This document shows, piece after piece, positions 62,255 through 64,000 of a stretch of DNA of 64,000 nt (position 1 is its first letter; each line of letters opens with the position of its first letter). Position numbers and translations under genes: made by a program. The DNA is from an uncultured cyanobacterium (GTDB taxonomy: Bacteria; Cyanobacteriota; Cyanobacteriia; CAKZMO01), in NCBI GenBank assembly GCA_963719515.1, contig CAVRCJ010000001.1:223153-287152 (forward strand). The letters run 5' to 3'. The notes beneath the pieces were generated by a model. The model was given only the letters and a program-made list of their open reading frames with translations, searched no databases and was not told the DNA's origin.

Positions 62255-62549
62255 TTCCTCTATTTATGCTCAAAAAACTTTGTAGAGTTGTTGTCAAAAA
62301 TGATTGATGGTCTAGATAGACTACCGACGTTTAAAGCACGATAAAAATTTTCTAAAACAACCAATTCAATTTGAGGACAGTAGAAGTCTACAAAGGAATG
62401 CCCATCAGCGAATTAGATTTCGCTAACATCCAAATTTATATCGCATTTTAGTCACCTAGTATCGGTCTTACGAATGAATTTCAGAATATTAATTGATGTA
62501 AATTCTGAGCGTTTTAGCACCGATCTCGTCTATGTGTTGGGCTTAAGCG

Positions 62550-63971
62550 CTAACTCTCGACAGTCCGTTGCTCTAACCGCTTCCGAAGGCCGTCGACGAT
62601 GATTTCTAGGCCCACGGCGCGGGATGCCTTAAACAAAATGCGATCGCCCGGCTGCACTATTGCCCCCAAGCGGTTGGTCAAATCGGCGTGGTTATCGAAC
62701 GCCTCCGATGGAACAGCGCCAGCCCCAGCCGCTAAGGCCTGCTGCTCCGGCTCATCTGCCAAGATCAAGAGCCGGTCGATACCCAAGGCCCTAACCGTCT
62801 CCCCCACCCGCTTGTGCAGCGCCACGGAATAGTCGCCTAGCTCTTTCATGGTCCCCAAGACGGCGATGCGCCGGGCACCGGGGGTTTCTGAGAGTACGGT
62901 CAGAGCGGCGATCATCGATTCCGCCCCAGCGTTGTAGGTTTCGTCCAGCAGCAGCACGTCGTTGGGCAACTCGTAGCGCTGGGCGCGACCGGCGGGCAGC
63001 GCCACCGACAGCCCTGATTCTAAAGGTGCCCAGCTTAGGCCCAGAACCTGAGTCACCGCCAGCGCCGCTAGATAGTTGAGGGCGTTGTGGCGACCGGGCA
63101 GCGGCAGGGGCAGCCGTTTGTCCCCAACCTGAATGTGCTCACCGTTGAGAAACCCTCGCATATCTCCCTGCTCTAATCCGTAGGTCACCGTCTTCCCGGA
63201 CCAAACCGCTGTCGCCGTTTTCATCAGCCGCTCGTTGTCTGCGTTGAGCACCGCTACGCTATTGGGCGGCATCTCTGCCAACAGCTCACACTTTGCCTGG
63301 GCGATCGCCTCTTCAGAGCCCAGCCGCTCGATGTGCGCCGTCCCCACGTTGGTGATCACCGCCACGTCGGGCTGGGCCACTTGGCTGAGCAGCGCAATTT
63401 CCCCCCGGCCGCGCATCCCCATCTCCACTACGGCGTAGTCATGCTCGGGGGTCAATTCGAGCAAGGTCTTGGGGACGCCAATTTCGTTGTTGTAGTTGGC
63501 CCGGGTTTTGAGCACCTTACCCTGGGCTGCAAGCGCCGCCGCAATGATCTCCTTGGTGGTGGTTTTGCCCACCGACCCCGTCACCGCAATGATTTTCGCA
63601 GGACACTGCTGTCGCCACCAGCGGGCGATCGCTTGATACGCGGTCAGGGTATTGGGCACGACGATTTGGGGCAGGTCGCTATCCACCCTTCGGGACACGA
63701 TGGCGGCGATCGCTCCCTTTTCCCGAGCGGTTTCAATGAAGCGGTGCCCGTCGAAGGTCTCTCCCGTCAGGGCAATAAAGACCTCTCCTGGCGCGCCGGT
63801 GCGGCTGTCGGTGGAGAGGCCGATCGCCTGGGACTGTCCTATGGCGCTGGGATGTGCGATGCCGGGGTCTGTGGTGCTGAGATCTGTGGCGCTGGAAGCT
63901 AAAAAGCGATCGCCGTCGGGGAATGCAGCAGCAAGCACGTCGAGAAGTTGGGAGAGGCTAGCGGTGACCAT
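62550..63971 (-). CDS. murF: UDP-N-acetylmuramoyl-tripeptide--D-alanyl-D-alanine ligase
   Basis: ..IIAVTGSVGKTTTKE.. P-loop and ...GTAHIERLGSEEAIAQAKCEL... Mur ligase middle domain; 473 aa. Confidence 0.85.
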   Translation of the reverse strand: MVTASLSQLLDVLAAAFPDGDRFLASSATDLSTTDPGIAHPSAIGQSQAIGLSTDSRTGAPGEVFIALTGETFDGHRFIETAREKGAIAAIVSRRVDSDLPQIVVPNTLTAYQAIARWWRQQCPAKIIAVTGSVGKTTTKEIIAAALAAQGKVLKTRANYNNEIGVPKTLLELTPEHDYAVVEMGMRGRGEIALLSQVAQPDVAVITNVGTAHIERLGSEEAIAQAKCELLAEMPPNSVAVLNADNERLMKTATAVWSGKTVTYGLEQGDMRGFLNGEHIQVGDKRLPLPLPGRHNALNYLAALAVTQVLGLSWAPLESGLSVALPAGRAQRYELPNDVLLLDETYNAGAESMIAALTVLSETPGARRIAVLGTMKELGDYSVALHKRVGETVRALGIDRLLILADEPEQQALAAGAGAVPSEAFDNHADLTNRLGAIVQPGDRILFKASRAVGLEIIVDGLRKRLEQRTVES

Positions 63972-64000
63972 AGACCTGAACCAATACGGGCAGAGGCGAG

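Overview
This 64 kb window is a high-GC cyanobacterial chromosome segment, judged by frequent HIP1 palindromes (GCGATCGC) and by chlH and murF at the right edge. Ordinary core genes sit only at the two ends: sppA, aroH, a GNAT acetyltransferase and an OmpR-type response regulator on the left; chlH, a conserved membrane protein and murF on the right. Everything in between is mosaic accessory DNA carrying many pseudogenes and mobile-element relics.

Main contents, left to right:
- A REP/RAYT locus (4920-6250).
- A membrane-anchored class III nucleotide cyclase in an AT-richer patch (6908-8272).
- An operon of overlapping genes (8319-13049) encoding a MoxR AAA+ ATPase, a vWA protein, a third small protein, and a trypsin-like peptidase fused to a degenerate P-loop domain plus a small partner protein. 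This is a vWA-MoxR type putative conflict system.
- A TnpB remnant, a MalT-like STAND regulator pseudogene, and two decayed IS4-like transposases.
- A NACHT-WD40 STAND NTPase with 14 near-identical 120-bp repeats that differ only at a few codon positions (41081-44791).
- A Uma2 nuclease, an FAD monooxygenase and an IS630 element with an A_AAA_AAG frameshift site.

The most unusual structure is a three-fold repeated module at 32.8-34.0 kb, 35.45-36.2 kb and 54.4-55.7 kb. Each copy has four parts:
- an array of GGATAACACCC-type direct and inverted repeats, resembling an attI-like integrase-binding site;
- a 27-codon remnant of an integron-integrase-like N-terminus (PRLLDQV.QVLRTK);
- about ten 21-bp tandem repeats;
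- a conserved leader with an invariant 8-bp-stem hairpin, followed by a gene for a conserved ~115-124 aa protein of unknown function.

On the other side of each attI-like site lies an AT-rich array of leftward-transcribed genes. In two of the three arrays these genes are separated by 55-90 bp imperfect palindromes with ..YAAC / GTTRRRY-like outer cores, which look like attC sites. This is the architecture of degenerate integrons or CALINs. The cassette cargo includes a T5orf172/GIY-YIG protein, a dynamin-like GTPase, a DUF3800-like protein and PIN toxin-antitoxin genes.

All domain assignments come from motif reading by eye, with no searches run. Coordinates of repeats and pseudogenes are approximate.
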